From Marinicella sp. (lineage in GTDB: Bacteria; Pseudomonadota; Gammaproteobacteria; Xanthomonadales; Marinicellaceae), in contig OZ246001.1 of the NCBI GenBank assembly GCA_965230295.1, positions 3,584,001-3,648,000 of the forward strand: a stretch of 64,000 bases of DNA, given 5' to 3'. The notes beneath the pieces are model-generated. The model had not been told where the DNA came from, did no database searches, and saw only the letters and a list, made by a program, of their open reading frames with translations. The position numbers and the translations under genes were made by a program. Shown here piece after piece: positions 19,887 to 29,600 of this stretch; position 1 is the stretch's first letter; each line of letters starts with the position of its first letter.

Positions 19887-20849
19887 ATGAACAAACAACT
19901 GTTAGACGAGGTGTTGTATTGCTTATCTGATGATCGACACACATACCATTATTTCAAAGATAAATATTGTATGTTCCTGTTAGATCATTACATCAAGGAA
20001 GAAACACCCGTTAAAAATATTAAAAACAGCCACTTAGCCAGGTTTTGCCAAAAACCAGTGGTCAAAACATGGTTAGCCGGCATGGGTAAGAAAACCGTCA
20101 ATCCAGAAATGATAGCTGCCATGTGGCCAACTGATCTATATCACTTCACTGTGACATTAGGTCAGTGGGGTGGTGATGACCCCTATTGGCAACAAACGGC
20201 CAGACCCGGGTTTAACCTGGTGGTTCAATTGAACTTCAGTCGTACACACGATCGAATGTATCAGGCAGTGATTGAAAAAGATTCTACATATCAACCTTTT
20301 GTTTGTGAATCTCATCCAATCCATGGGCATCGAAACACCATTGCTTGGGCGCGTTTAGACATCAGTGAAGATTTTTCAGAGGTGCTGATTGAAGAAGTAC
20401 AAAATGATTGGCTCAGATATGCTTGGGGGCTTTATCAGTCCATTAAGAAAGATCCCAATGCAGAACGCCTGGCACGGCATGGCTTTCGAACCAATTGGGA
20501 TCGACTTCAAGCTTACTTTGAAGATGAGATCAAACCCATGATGCAGGTATGGGATGAAGCCATCTTGTGTGCCACATTGGAATATGTAGTCACTCAGATT
20601 GGCGCGGAAAAGATCTATATGTATGACCATTTGACCGGTGTAGAGATGAAATCGATGGGTCATTGGCATCCACCCAGATCTTTATACACCCAACTGCCTA
20701 AAAAGTTCGGTTTTGAAATCACGACGGAATCACCCCGATTTTACCAGGATGATTTTCGTCTTGAACGGCGAATGAAAAAGATTCGCCAAAGGATGACGCC
20801 TAAATGGCATTTTTTAAATTTAAACAAAGGAGGTATCTATGCCCAATAA
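19887..20849 (+). CDS. Uncharacterised protein, possible divergent GNAT-like fold
   Basis: 320-aa ORF; AWARLDI..VLIEEVQNDW..ILCATLEY..GAEKIYM..LYTQLPKKFGF pattern resembles GNAT strand/helix order. ORF is solid, fold call is speculative. Confidence 0.7.
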   Translation: MNKQLLDEVLYCLSDDRHTYHYFKDKYCMFLLDHYIKEETPVKNIKNSHLARFCQKPVVKTWLAGMGKKTVNPEMIAAMWPTDLYHFTVTLGQWGGDDPYWQQTARPGFNLVVQLNFSRTHDRMYQAVIEKDSTYQPFVCESHPIHGHRNTIAWARLDISEDFSEVLIEEVQNDWLRYAWGLYQSIKKDPNAERLARHGFRTNWDRLQAYFEDEIKPMMQVWDEAILCATLEYVVTQIGAEKIYMYDHLTGVEMKSMGHWHPPRSLYTQLPKKFGFEITTESPRFYQDDFRLERRMKKIRQRMTPKWHFLNLNKGGIYAQ

Positions 20850-21006
20850 CAACCGCAGAAACTGGGTTGCCAGAGCAGCCATTATGCGCAAAGGCGGGGT
20901 TCATGAAAAAACCCATAAGACCAAAAGAAAACAGGCCAAGCAGGCCTTAAAGAAAAAAATCAGAGCCGAGCACTTCGGCTCTTTTTTGTTGGGTATTCGC
21001 CAATAG
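20839..21006 (+). CDS. Unannotated 55-aa basic protein, candidate alternative ribosome-rescue factor
   Basis: SD AGGAGG 20828-20833, ATG 20839 overlapping the upstream stop; MPNNNRRNWVARAAIMRKGGVHEKTHKTKRKQAKQALKKKIRAEHFGSFLLGIRQ; contains an internal terminator. Confidence 0.72.
   Translation: MPNNNRRNWVARAAIMRKGGVHEKTHKTKRKQAKQALKKKIRAEHFGSFLLGIRQ
20962..20990 (+). terminator. Intrinsic terminator inside the 55-aa ORF, upstream of its stop codon
   Basis: AGAGCCGAG-cac-TTCGGCTCT-TTTTTGTT; stop TAG is at 21004-21006. Confidence 0.8.
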
Positions 21007-21032
21007 CCACCAGTCAACAGAGACTGGTGGCT
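21005..21032. other. Perfect 11-bp hairpin at the stop codon of the small ORF
   Basis: AGCCACCAGTC-aacaga-GACTGGTGGCT, no U-tract. Confidence 0.55.
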
Positions 21033-21286
21033 CAGGATCGATCACAATATTTATGCAGTAGGGCAAACTTCGAACTCGTTATTAGATGACATTGAGCATT
21101 TTAAACCCACCTAAAAAACTCAACAGTGCTGGACAAGCCAATAGAAACCTCGACTCAGGGAATATTCAGTGCCAAAACTTTGAACCTTTTCAAAAAAATC
21201 AAAGGGATTGAGTTGAATCAATGTTTTTATGGGTGGTTTCACCGAGACTTTTGGTATGATTCGGAGCTGAAGTTTGGGGTGAGTTA

Positions 21287-23065
21287 ATGAGTAAATCAAT
21301 TCAATTAATTACATGGTTTTTTATCATGCAGTTGAGTGTGTGTAACATAGCAATTGCTGAACAACCGTGTACAGAGGTCATCAAGAAAGGCGATTATCCT
21401 GCTGCTCTGAAAGTGTGTAGTGATGAATCACACAGGAAATCTAACCAAGATATTGAGGTCTTGCTCTCATTGGTGGAAATCAACCATGAACTGGGTGATG
21501 ATGAACAAGAAGCCTACTATTTAGCCAAAATCAAGACCCCCCCTACATTTCTTGAAAACATCGAATACCAATATCAATGGAATCGCAGGGTGGGGCAAAA
21601 ATACTACTTTTTAGGCGATTATCAACAGGCCAAGAAATATTTGCACAAAGGCCTAGACATTGCCACCACCGAGGCTCAGCAAAATTGGCAAAGCAAGAGT
21701 TACAACGATGTGGGTTTGGTTGCTTATAAATTAAAAGATCACACCAGTGCTTTGAGTTTCTTTAAACAAAGCCTCAACCTAAAAAGAACACATGGCAATG
21801 CCTACGAAGTGGGCAAAACACTCAACAACATCGCATTGGTGCACATGGAACTGGAAGAACATGAGCAAGCGGTTGATTTTTATGAGCAGGCACTGGATCA
21901 ATACCTCGCCTATGTCAAAGAAGATCAATTCGATGAACGGGTGTTTCAACAAATTGCCCATATCTATGAAGACCTGACCCAGGCATACACAGCTTCAAAG
22001 AATGTGGTCAGAGCCAAAGATTACGCGGCTAAAATGGTGGCCACATTTAAATTAAAAAACTCACCAAAAGCACAGGCCAGGGCATTGTTAAACTTAACCA
22101 GGCACCACTTGGGTTTACAGCAATACCCAACCGCCAAAGTGTTTTTAGAGGAAGCCAAGCGGTTAAAAGCAGACAATGATTTTGCATTCGAAACCAGTTA
22201 CTTCCTGGATGCCGCAACCATTGCATTCCATCACAGCAAACACTCTGAAGCCGTGCAGTTGGCAGAGCAGGGTTTGAACGCTGCCATAATCGAGAAGGAC
22301 CATCGATTGATCAGTCAGTTCTATGCCCGTTTAAGTGATTTCTCAAAGGCGGAAAACCCCTCATTGGCATTGCGTTACATGGAACAACAGCAACAAAGTC
22401 GTGAGGCATTTTTACAAGAAAAATATGACAAAGACCTCAGTACCATTAAACATGAAGTTGAAAAGCAACAAATCAAACATGACCTCATCAATGAACAATT
22501 ATTGAATGCACAAAAGTCTGCAGAATTGCAGCGACTGACCAATGGTGTGTTGCTGGTTTCAATGGTTTTGCTGTTGATCACGGGTGTATTTATCACCTAT
22601 GTGGTCAATAAAAAAAGAGAGCAAAAGGAATTGCTCAAATCGATCAAACACCACAAACAGCAATTATTCATGATGCAAAATCAACACATGGTTTTGAATG
22701 AGCCTGATCAACTGAATCAAAATCAAGGGGTGAAGCAGTCACTGAAAGTCAATTTGGTCAGTACCATGATAGATGCATTATCGATTTGGGAAAAAACCAC
22801 CGGCAAAGACCGCATTGAATTGGCTGAATCCAGTAAGGTATGGACCATTTCAATTGATAATGGCACCCTGAGAACACGGTCATTAGACAAGTATTTGGAT
22901 GTTGAAAAGATACCAAAGAATCCCAGATGGCGGAATGTGGTTAAAACTTGTCACTTCATTCTGTCCAGAGAGGAATTGTCAGCAGAGGACCGTTCCCACA
23001 TGGAACAAAAGTTGGCCGAGTTACTCGATCAAGTCAAGCAGTTGTCATTAGGCAAGGTAGCCTGA
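21287..23065 (+). CDS. Membrane-anchored regulator: signal peptide, periplasmic TPRs, one TM helix, coiled coil, ChiS-family-like DNA-binding domain
   Basis: TPR motifs (SYNDVGLVAY..A..F..SL, TLNNIALVH..A..YEQAL); TM GVLLVSMVLLLITGVFITYVV; C-terminal W...TGK....LA..S..W....D.G..RT.SLDKYL....P..PRW..V..T..F.L recalled as ChiS-type. Confidence 0.72.
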   Translation: MSKSIQLITWFFIMQLSVCNIAIAEQPCTEVIKKGDYPAALKVCSDESHRKSNQDIEVLLSLVEINHELGDDEQEAYYLAKIKTPPTFLENIEYQYQWNRRVGQKYYFLGDYQQAKKYLHKGLDIATTEAQQNWQSKSYNDVGLVAYKLKDHTSALSFFKQSLNLKRTHGNAYEVGKTLNNIALVHMELEEHEQAVDFYEQALDQYLAYVKEDQFDERVFQQIAHIYEDLTQAYTASKNVVRAKDYAAKMVATFKLKNSPKAQARALLNLTRHHLGLQQYPTAKVFLEEAKRLKADNDFAFETSYFLDAATIAFHHSKHSEAVQLAEQGLNAAIIEKDHRLISQFYARLSDFSKAENPSLALRYMEQQQQSREAFLQEKYDKDLSTIKHEVEKQQIKHDLINEQLLNAQKSAELQRLTNGVLLVSMVLLLITGVFITYVVNKKREQKELLKSIKHHKQQLFMMQNQHMVLNEPDQLNQNQGVKQSLKVNLVSTMIDALSIWEKTTGKDRIELAESSKVWTISIDNGTLRTRSLDKYLDVEKIPKNPRWRNVVKTCHFILSREELSAEDRSHMEQKLAELLDQVKQLSLGKVA

Positions 23066-23068
23066 TAT

Positions 23069-23587
23069 CTACTCTGTTTCAAGGTTAGAAATGACTTCGA
23101 CACAGTTGAATGACAGGCCTTGGCTGAAGTCATACAACACATGATGGTCTGCTGCTGCACTGCTGCCATCAATGAAAGTAGATGGTCCGATGAATTGCGG
23201 TATCAAGCCATCAGGAAATAAACCGGAGTAACTGACGGAAACGCCTGCACAAGTGTCGATGGCAATCGATCTGGCCTCATTGAAATGATCGAATACACCA
23301 CAGGTTTTAAACACGCCATCCCAGTCATCACAAACCACACTTTCTGGGCTGATATCTTTGCTCTTTTGGGCCACTATTCTTTTGATTTCCTGTTTGACCA
23401 GGTCTTTCTTGAAGCTTTTTTTGAGATCGCGTTCGGACAGATGAAAGGTATCAATGATGTTGTAGGTTGAATGTGGAGAAATTTTAATGGTGTCCTCTGG
23501 ATACACCAGAATTTCTGTGAGGAATTCATGTGAGTTAACAGGATGAAAACACATAAACATACCAACGAATAATACCTTCTTCAACAT
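23069..23587 (-). CDS. Small secreted Cys-containing hypothetical protein
   Basis: Signal-like N-terminus, four Cys in the mature part; SD-like GAGGTG upstream. Confidence 0.65.
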   Translation of the reverse strand: MLKKVLFVGMFMCFHPVNSHEFLTEILVYPEDTIKISPHSTYNIIDTFHLSERDLKKSFKKDLVKQEIKRIVAQKSKDISPESVVCDDWDGVFKTCGVFDHFNEARSIAIDTCAGVSVSYSGLFPDGLIPQFIGPSTFIDGSSAAADHHVLYDFSQGLSFNCVEVISNLETE

Positions 23588-23656
23588 TGCCCAACACCTC
23601 TCTGATTAATAGCAACAAGATAATACCTTGTTTTTGCCCGTGTTTAAGAAATGATT

Positions 23657-23700
23657 CTGGTAAAAACTGGTAAAAATCCAATTTTGTGATGTACATCAGT
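23657..23700. promoter_or_regulatory. Tandem 10-bp direct repeat plus CRP/FNR-like site in divergent intergenic region
   Basis: CTGGTAAAAA x2 (23657-23676); TGTGA-tgtaca-TCAGT (23685-23700). Confidence 0.45.
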
Positions 23701-23863
23701 ATTTTACAATTCATGCCAACAACTGATCAAAGTCGAGAATTCGTTGTTTGTGGTTAATTTTACCAATGTTTCCTGTGGTATCGGTGGCAATCACTCAAAG
23801 CTTAAATACCATGTCATTGGTTCATTATTTGAACGTCATTATTAACTAAAGAGGTAAAACACC

Positions 23864-24331
23864 ATGAATATAGAAACAAAAAGCAAATCAAAACTGATGA
23901 TCATCTGCTGTCTGATTGGCCTGTCATTACAGTTACAAGCCGCAGGAACCATCAGCGGTCCTGGTTGGTATTATCCAGCTTATCCGATTGGATCAACCCC
24001 CACATACACAACCATCTTCCTGAAAGGTGCCTTTGCAGATGAGGTGTCGTGCGAACAAGCCAAATTTTTAGATTATGACCCAAGTGATGGTATCAAGCCA
24101 TGGGATGGTGGTGCAGGGTGTCACTATATATATGAGAACGACATTGACGCCATCAATGAAATTTACAGTTTGGCATTCAATCCTGGAACAGATCCAATCA
24201 TTGGATTGGATGCTGAGATGCAACATGAATTCATTCAACAAATGGAACAAATCAATGAAGCCCATGACATCAAACAGTACAAAGCAAAAATCAACCGGTT
24301 GATTGATTCATTCAGTAAGCCAAGAAAGTAA
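23864..24331 (+). CDS. Small secreted hypothetical protein
   Basis: SD GAGGT; signal peptide ending LQLQA; two Cys in the mature region; followed by a terminator. Confidence 0.72.
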   Translation: MNIETKSKSKLMIICCLIGLSLQLQAAGTISGPGWYYPAYPIGSTPTYTTIFLKGAFADEVSCEQAKFLDYDPSDGIKPWDGGAGCHYIYENDIDAINEIYSLAFNPGTDPIIGLDAEMQHEFIQQMEQINEAHDIKQYKAKINRLIDSFSKPRK

Positions 24332-24347
24332 CAAGAAGTCAGGATAC

Positions 24348-24380
24348 AAAAAAAGCCGCAATCATCTGCGGCTTTTTTTT
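24348..24380. terminator. Bidirectional intrinsic terminator
   Basis: AAAAAAAGCCGCA-atcatc-TGCGGCTTTTTTTT between convergent genes. Confidence 0.88.
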
Positions 24381-24396
24381 GCATACATAAGTGTTT

Positions 24397-25185
24397 TTAC
24401 TGACCCACTTCAGTCATGGCCATGATGTTGTAACCTGCATCGACATAGGTGATTTCACCAGTGACACCAGATGCCCAGTCAGAACATAAGAATGCAGCCA
24501 CTTTGGCAACTTCTTCTTGACTGATGTTGCGCTTTAAGGGGGCGGCTTTGGCGACGTGATCCAACATGGATTTGAAATTGCCTATACCAGAGGCGGCCAG
24601 GGTTTTGATGGGGCCTGCTGATATGCCATTGACTCGAATGCCATCAACGCCCAAAGCATGTGCCATATAACGTATATTGGCTTCTAAAGCGGCTTTGGCC
24701 ACACCCATGACGTTGTAATTTGTCATGGCTCTCACAGCGCCCAGATATGATAAGGTCAATAACGACGCATCCCTTCCTGCCATCATTTCACGAGCTGCTT
24801 TGCCGAGTGCAGCAAAACTGTACGAACTGATGTCCATTGCAGTTTGGTACCCATCTCGGGTCAGGTTGTCCAGATATGAGCCTTGTAACAATTCACGTGG
24901 CGCAAAACCGACCGAATGAACGATGATGTCTAAGCCATCCCACTCATTTTTGAGTTCGGTGAACACATCATTGATTTGTTGGTCAGAAGACACGTTAAGC
25001 GGTAAAACGATGTCTGAATTGGTTTGTTCAGCAATTTTATCAACACGTTTTTTCAGCTTGTCATCCAGGTAGGTGAATGCCAATTCGGCGCCTTGTTGAT
25101 GCATGAACTCAGCCGTACTCCATGCAATTGATCGGTTGCTGGCAACGCCAACAATAAGTGCTTTTTTACCTGTAAGAATACCCAT
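24397..25185 (-). CDS. fabI: Enoyl-ACP reductase FabI
   Basis: GVASNRSIAW, HSVGFAP, YNVMGVAKAALE, RVNGISAGPIKTLAASG, VDAGY. Confidence 0.96.
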   Translation of the reverse strand: MGILTGKKALIVGVASNRSIAWSTAEFMHQQGAELAFTYLDDKLKKRVDKIAEQTNSDIVLPLNVSSDQQINDVFTELKNEWDGLDIIVHSVGFAPRELLQGSYLDNLTRDGYQTAMDISSYSFAALGKAAREMMAGRDASLLTLSYLGAVRAMTNYNVMGVAKAALEANIRYMAHALGVDGIRVNGISAGPIKTLAASGIGNFKSMLDHVAKAAPLKRNISQEEVAKVAAFLCSDWASGVTGEITYVDAGYNIMAMTEVGQ

Positions 25186-25250
25186 GGTTTTTCCAATAAA
25201 AAGTGTTTCTTATCTTACTTTTTTTGCTGTGGATTTGCCACAGCTGTGCT

Positions 25251-25844
25251 CTAAATGCTTGATTTTTCAAACGTTAGTTTGAAATCAACCAACACTTCAT
25301 AGTTGATGCTTTGTAAGCCAGCAATCTTGGTCAACTGGTTGATGGCATCATCCATATTAAAATCTTTGGCATTGATCATGATCGGCTCAAAGTTAACGAC
25401 CACCATTTGTCCTTTGACTTCTTGTATGATGACTTGTGTGTTGAAAGTCTTCTGGTGACCATGCAGATCCAATTGAAAGGACACTGTGTAGGGTTGATCC
25501 ATCAACCATTGGTTGGGTAATTGTTGGCTGATGCTGGCTGTTGGGTATGTTTCAGTTTCAAACAAGATGCTTCTGAGGCGCTCATCCCTGATAGGGATCA
25601 GTGTGTCAACAGAATTCAAATCAAGTAGCAGGTCTAATTTTTGCTTGCTGATTTGTCCTGATTTGAATTGAATACTGTGTTCTTCAACAGCGACTTTGTT
25701 TTTAGTCGACAGAAAACTCAATGTGCTTTGCTCGGTTATTAACTGCCAATCGGTGTTTTCAATGGTTTTCGAACCTGGTTTTTGCTGTTGTTGACAGGCA
25801 ACCAAACAAAAAATCAACAACGACAGTTTGATTGATTTAAACAT
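25251..25844 (-). CDS. YceI family lipoprotein
   Basis: LVAC lipobox; SVDTLIPIRDERLR, FETETYPTA, LDLHG. Confidence 0.85.
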   Translation of the reverse strand: MFKSIKLSLLIFCLVACQQQQKPGSKTIENTDWQLITEQSTLSFLSTKNKVAVEEHSIQFKSGQISKQKLDLLLDLNSVDTLIPIRDERLRSILFETETYPTASISQQLPNQWLMDQPYTVSFQLDLHGHQKTFNTQVIIQEVKGQMVVVNFEPIMINAKDFNMDDAINQLTKIAGLQSINYEVLVDFKLTFEKSSI

Positions 25845-25847
25845 GCA

Positions 25848-26621
25848 TCACTCTCCTTGCTCATCTGCAGGAATCAATGGAACCTCTGTGACTTTGGCAA
25901 GTACACCAAACTGTTGGTGGTCAAAGTATTGCCATTCGCCCAACTCAACCCGTTTTTGTTGCGCAATTTTATGAATGATTTGTTCGCCTTCTGCATTGAT
26001 GCGAAATAAATTCATTTTGACATGAAGGTGGGTGAATCGTTGCTTAGAAAAGGCCACTTGGCCATCGATACTGTAATCAGGGTGAATTTGTTTGGTTGGA
26101 AACAGGGTGGGTATCATTGGTTCATCTGCTACAGGCTGTTCAATGGAGTCAATGAGGCTCAGTTTTACATATTCAGGCTGTAAAAAATCAGTGGCCGGTT
26201 GGCGCCATTTTTGGTGCAACAAAGGTTTTAAATTAGGGTTCACTGCAAGCCGGTCAATGACAGGGTGTTCCATCGTGTTGGTTAACATCACCCAGCTCAA
26301 TACATCAACTCGCTGAGGTTGTTCATCAATGGGAACTTGCCATTCTTCAGCCGCTTCCTCTGGAACTTCTTCTGGCTCCTGATAAATAAATAATGGCATT
26401 TCTTGATCCCAAAACTCCAATATTCTGCTGTTTTCAGAATCCACCAATGGGGCATTGTTGAATGTTTCAGTGCTCGGTTGAGCCAGGCGCCTGGCAAATA
26501 CCACCACATCCACATCATACACCACTTCATCCTGATTAAACTGAAGGTACTCTTGTGCCAGTGTGTTCTGACTGACGACCAGCATCATCAGTGCTGCTCT
26601 TATGGACATAGGTATTTTCAT
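25848..26621 (-). CDS. CsiV-like periplasmic peptidoglycan-binding protein
   Basis: Signal peptide; DVDVVVF, LLHQKWRQP, YFDHQQFGVL; lies directly downstream of mfd as CsiV usually does. Confidence 0.72.
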   Translation of the reverse strand: MKIPMSIRAALMMLVVSQNTLAQEYLQFNQDEVVYDVDVVVFARRLAQPSTETFNNAPLVDSENSRILEFWDQEMPLFIYQEPEEVPEEAAEEWQVPIDEQPQRVDVLSWVMLTNTMEHPVIDRLAVNPNLKPLLHQKWRQPATDFLQPEYVKLSLIDSIEQPVADEPMIPTLFPTKQIHPDYSIDGQVAFSKQRFTHLHVKMNLFRINAEGEQIIHKIAQQKRVELGEWQYFDHQQFGVLAKVTEVPLIPADEQGE

Positions 26622-29600
26622 GTGTGCAGTATATCAAATAAGTAATGAATTGCATCAATGCGTTCAGCTGCATTCAGAAATTCACCGGAATAACGCAATC
26701 CATCGTTAGGCAAAGGTTTAAAAGTATCTGGCTTCTTTTGTATGAGCTGAATCAATTTGGCATAGAAAGTAGGGGATTGTTCATTGAACTTCAAATCGGC
26801 AAAATCTTCGTTCATCACAATTGATTTGATGTTCAAAGATTTGGCTTTGTGTTTGATTTTTAACACATGAAATAAGTTTTGTGCTTGTTCGGGTAAAGGT
26901 CCAAAGCGGTCAATCAACTCCACCTTGATGTCATCCAGGTCCGCAGGTTGTTTGAAATTATTCATGCGCTTATAAAAAGTAAGGCGGGTGTAAACATCAA
27001 ACATGTAATCCTCTGGAATCAATGCCGGGATATTAAGCTCAACATCTATGTGATCATAAGGGTCTTCCAAAATGTCGATTTCTTCACCATTTTTCAAGGC
27101 TTGAACAGCACGCTCTAACATGTCGCAATACAAGGAGAAACCAATGCTTTGAATCTGACCACTTTGTTCTTCGCCCAGCAGTTCTCCACTGCCTCTGATT
27201 TCCATGTCATGGGTTGCCAGGGTAAATCCAGCGCCTAAATCCTCCAATGATTCAATGGCTTCCAGACGTTTTTTTGCGTCTTTACTGATGCCTTTCCAAC
27301 TGGGAATGATCATGTAAGCGAATGCTTTGTGGTGTGAGCGACCAACCCGGCCCCTTAATTGATGCAGTTGGGCCAATCCCAATTTGTCAGCACGATTAAT
27401 GATGATGGTGTTGGCACTGGGCACGTCAATGCCGGACTCAATGATGGTGGTACAAACCAAGATGTTGAATCGTTGTTTGTAAAAATCCACCATGACAGCT
27501 TGCAATTCTTTTTCATGCATTTGTCCATGAGCCACACGCACTCGGGCGCTGGGATTGATTTTCTGGATGGATTCAGCCATTTGCTCAATCGTTTGAACTT
27601 CATTGTGTAAAAAGTAGACCTGACCACCCCGTTGAATTTCTCGGGTACAGGCTTCATTGATGATGCTGTTTTGCCATTCCATCACTTGGGTCTTGACTGA
27701 CAGCCGGGCTTTGGGTGGTGTGGCAATGATAGACAAATCCCGCAATCCAGACAAAGCACTGTTCAGAGTCCTTGGAATGGGTGTTGCTGTGAGTGTTAAA
27801 AAGTCCACATCGGCTTTCAGTTGCTTCAAGCGGTCTTTCTGCTTGACCCCGAACCGATGCTCTTCATCGATGATGACCAGGCCAAGGTTCTTGAACTTAA
27901 TCCCTTTTTGGATCAATTTGTGGGTGCCAATCACAATATCGGCTTGACCTGATTCACAGGCGGCTAAAATTTCTTTGGTGTCGGTGTTGTTAACAAATCT
28001 CGACAACAGTGAAACTTTGATCGGAAAGTCAGCAAAGCGATCAGCAAAGTTATCGTAGTGTTGTTGAGCCAGCAAGGTGGTGGGGACCAAAAGCACCACT
28101 TGCTTGCCTTCATTGGCAGCAACGAAAGCCGCTCTGAGGGCTATTTCTGTTTTACCAAAGCCCACATCGCCACAGATCACTCGATCCATATGAGTCTTGG
28201 CCTGCATGTCCCTGATGACTGCTTGGATGGCATTTTGTTGATCTTCAGTCTCATCGAAAGGAAAGCCGTCGCAAAACTGGGCAAACTCTTCCGCATCTAC
28301 TGTCATCGCCTGGCCACCTGCAGCCTCTCTTTGGGCATACAGTGAAAGCAACTCCGCTGCCACATCTTTGACTTTTTTGGCCGCTTTTTGTTTGGCTTTT
28401 TCCCATACATCTGAACCCAGTTTATGCCAAGGCGCATTTTCTTCACTGGCACCGGAATACCTGGAAACCAAGTGCAAAGAAGAAACCGGTACAAATAACT
28501 TATCTCCACCGAAGTATTCAACTTCAAGGTATTCGGCTTCTCCATCATAGTCCATCATTTTTAGGCCACGATATCGCCCAACCCCATGGTCTATATGAAC
28601 GATCGGTGAGTCCAGGTGTAAATCGGTGAGGTTACTGATGATGTCTTCAGGATTGGCTTTGTACTTTTTGACTTTCTGGTTGCGGGTGACCCGTTGTCCA
28701 AACAAACAGCCCTCATCTAAGATGGCTACTTGCAGTGATTTCAACCACACACCCTGTTCAATGGGGGCAATACAGATACCCCTTGGGTCATTGCTTTGTA
28801 AAAATGACTGAATGTCCGGAAATGTTTTGAACCGTTTATGGCAAGATTTCAGTTTGCCGATGATCAAATCTTGTCTACCAGGCGAGTCAGCTGTAACCAA
28901 CATTCTGTGAGGTACTTGATCGCAAAACGCCACCATGTTTTCATGCACATCTGCATTGAAGCGTGGCGGTAACTGGCTTGATAGGTCTATGCAGTCTGCT
29001 GTATTCTCAGAGTCCTGGTTGACCCATATGTTTTGAAAGGCGGTGATGTCTTTAAAAGCAGTTACTGCATCGAGGTACAGTTCTTCAGGTGCCAGAATGG
29101 GGCGTTGTAAATCATGTCTGCGCTCTTCATACCGTGCTTTGATTTGTTTTTGCCAAGTTTGCAATACAGGCAAGGTCTTTTGGCAATGTATGAACACGGC
29201 ATCTTCTGGTATATAATCAAAGATGTCAGCCACTTCCCGATGAAACATCGGCAGATACTGTTCGATCCCTGAAAACTTAATGGACTTCCTGACATCCTGA
29301 TACAGGGTGTTCTTTCTGGTGTCAACATCAAACCATTCTCTGAAGCGGCTGAGGAACAATTCTCTGGCAGGGTCATCGAAGGGAAATTCATTGGCAGGCA
29401 TCACCTGAATTTTATTGGTTTCCCTGATGGTCAATTGAGTTTCGGTATCAAAAATACGAATGCTGTCGATTTCATCATCGAACAACTCAATACGATACGC
29501 GTTGTGGCCACCCATCGGGTACAGGTCCAGAACACCGCCACGAACCACAAATTCACCTGCTTCACGGACTTCATTGACATGGATGTAGCCATTTCTTTCG

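Noticed and set aside
19820-19930. 36-aa ORF MQDNNDRK.. between rtcB and the next gene
   Set aside because: Weak SD, low-complexity A-rich sequence, overlaps the next gene out of frame; no support for translation
21064-21276. Long imperfect inverted repeat in the spacer before the TPR gene
   Set aside because: Arms are short, AT-rich and interrupted; cannot be distinguished from chance by eye
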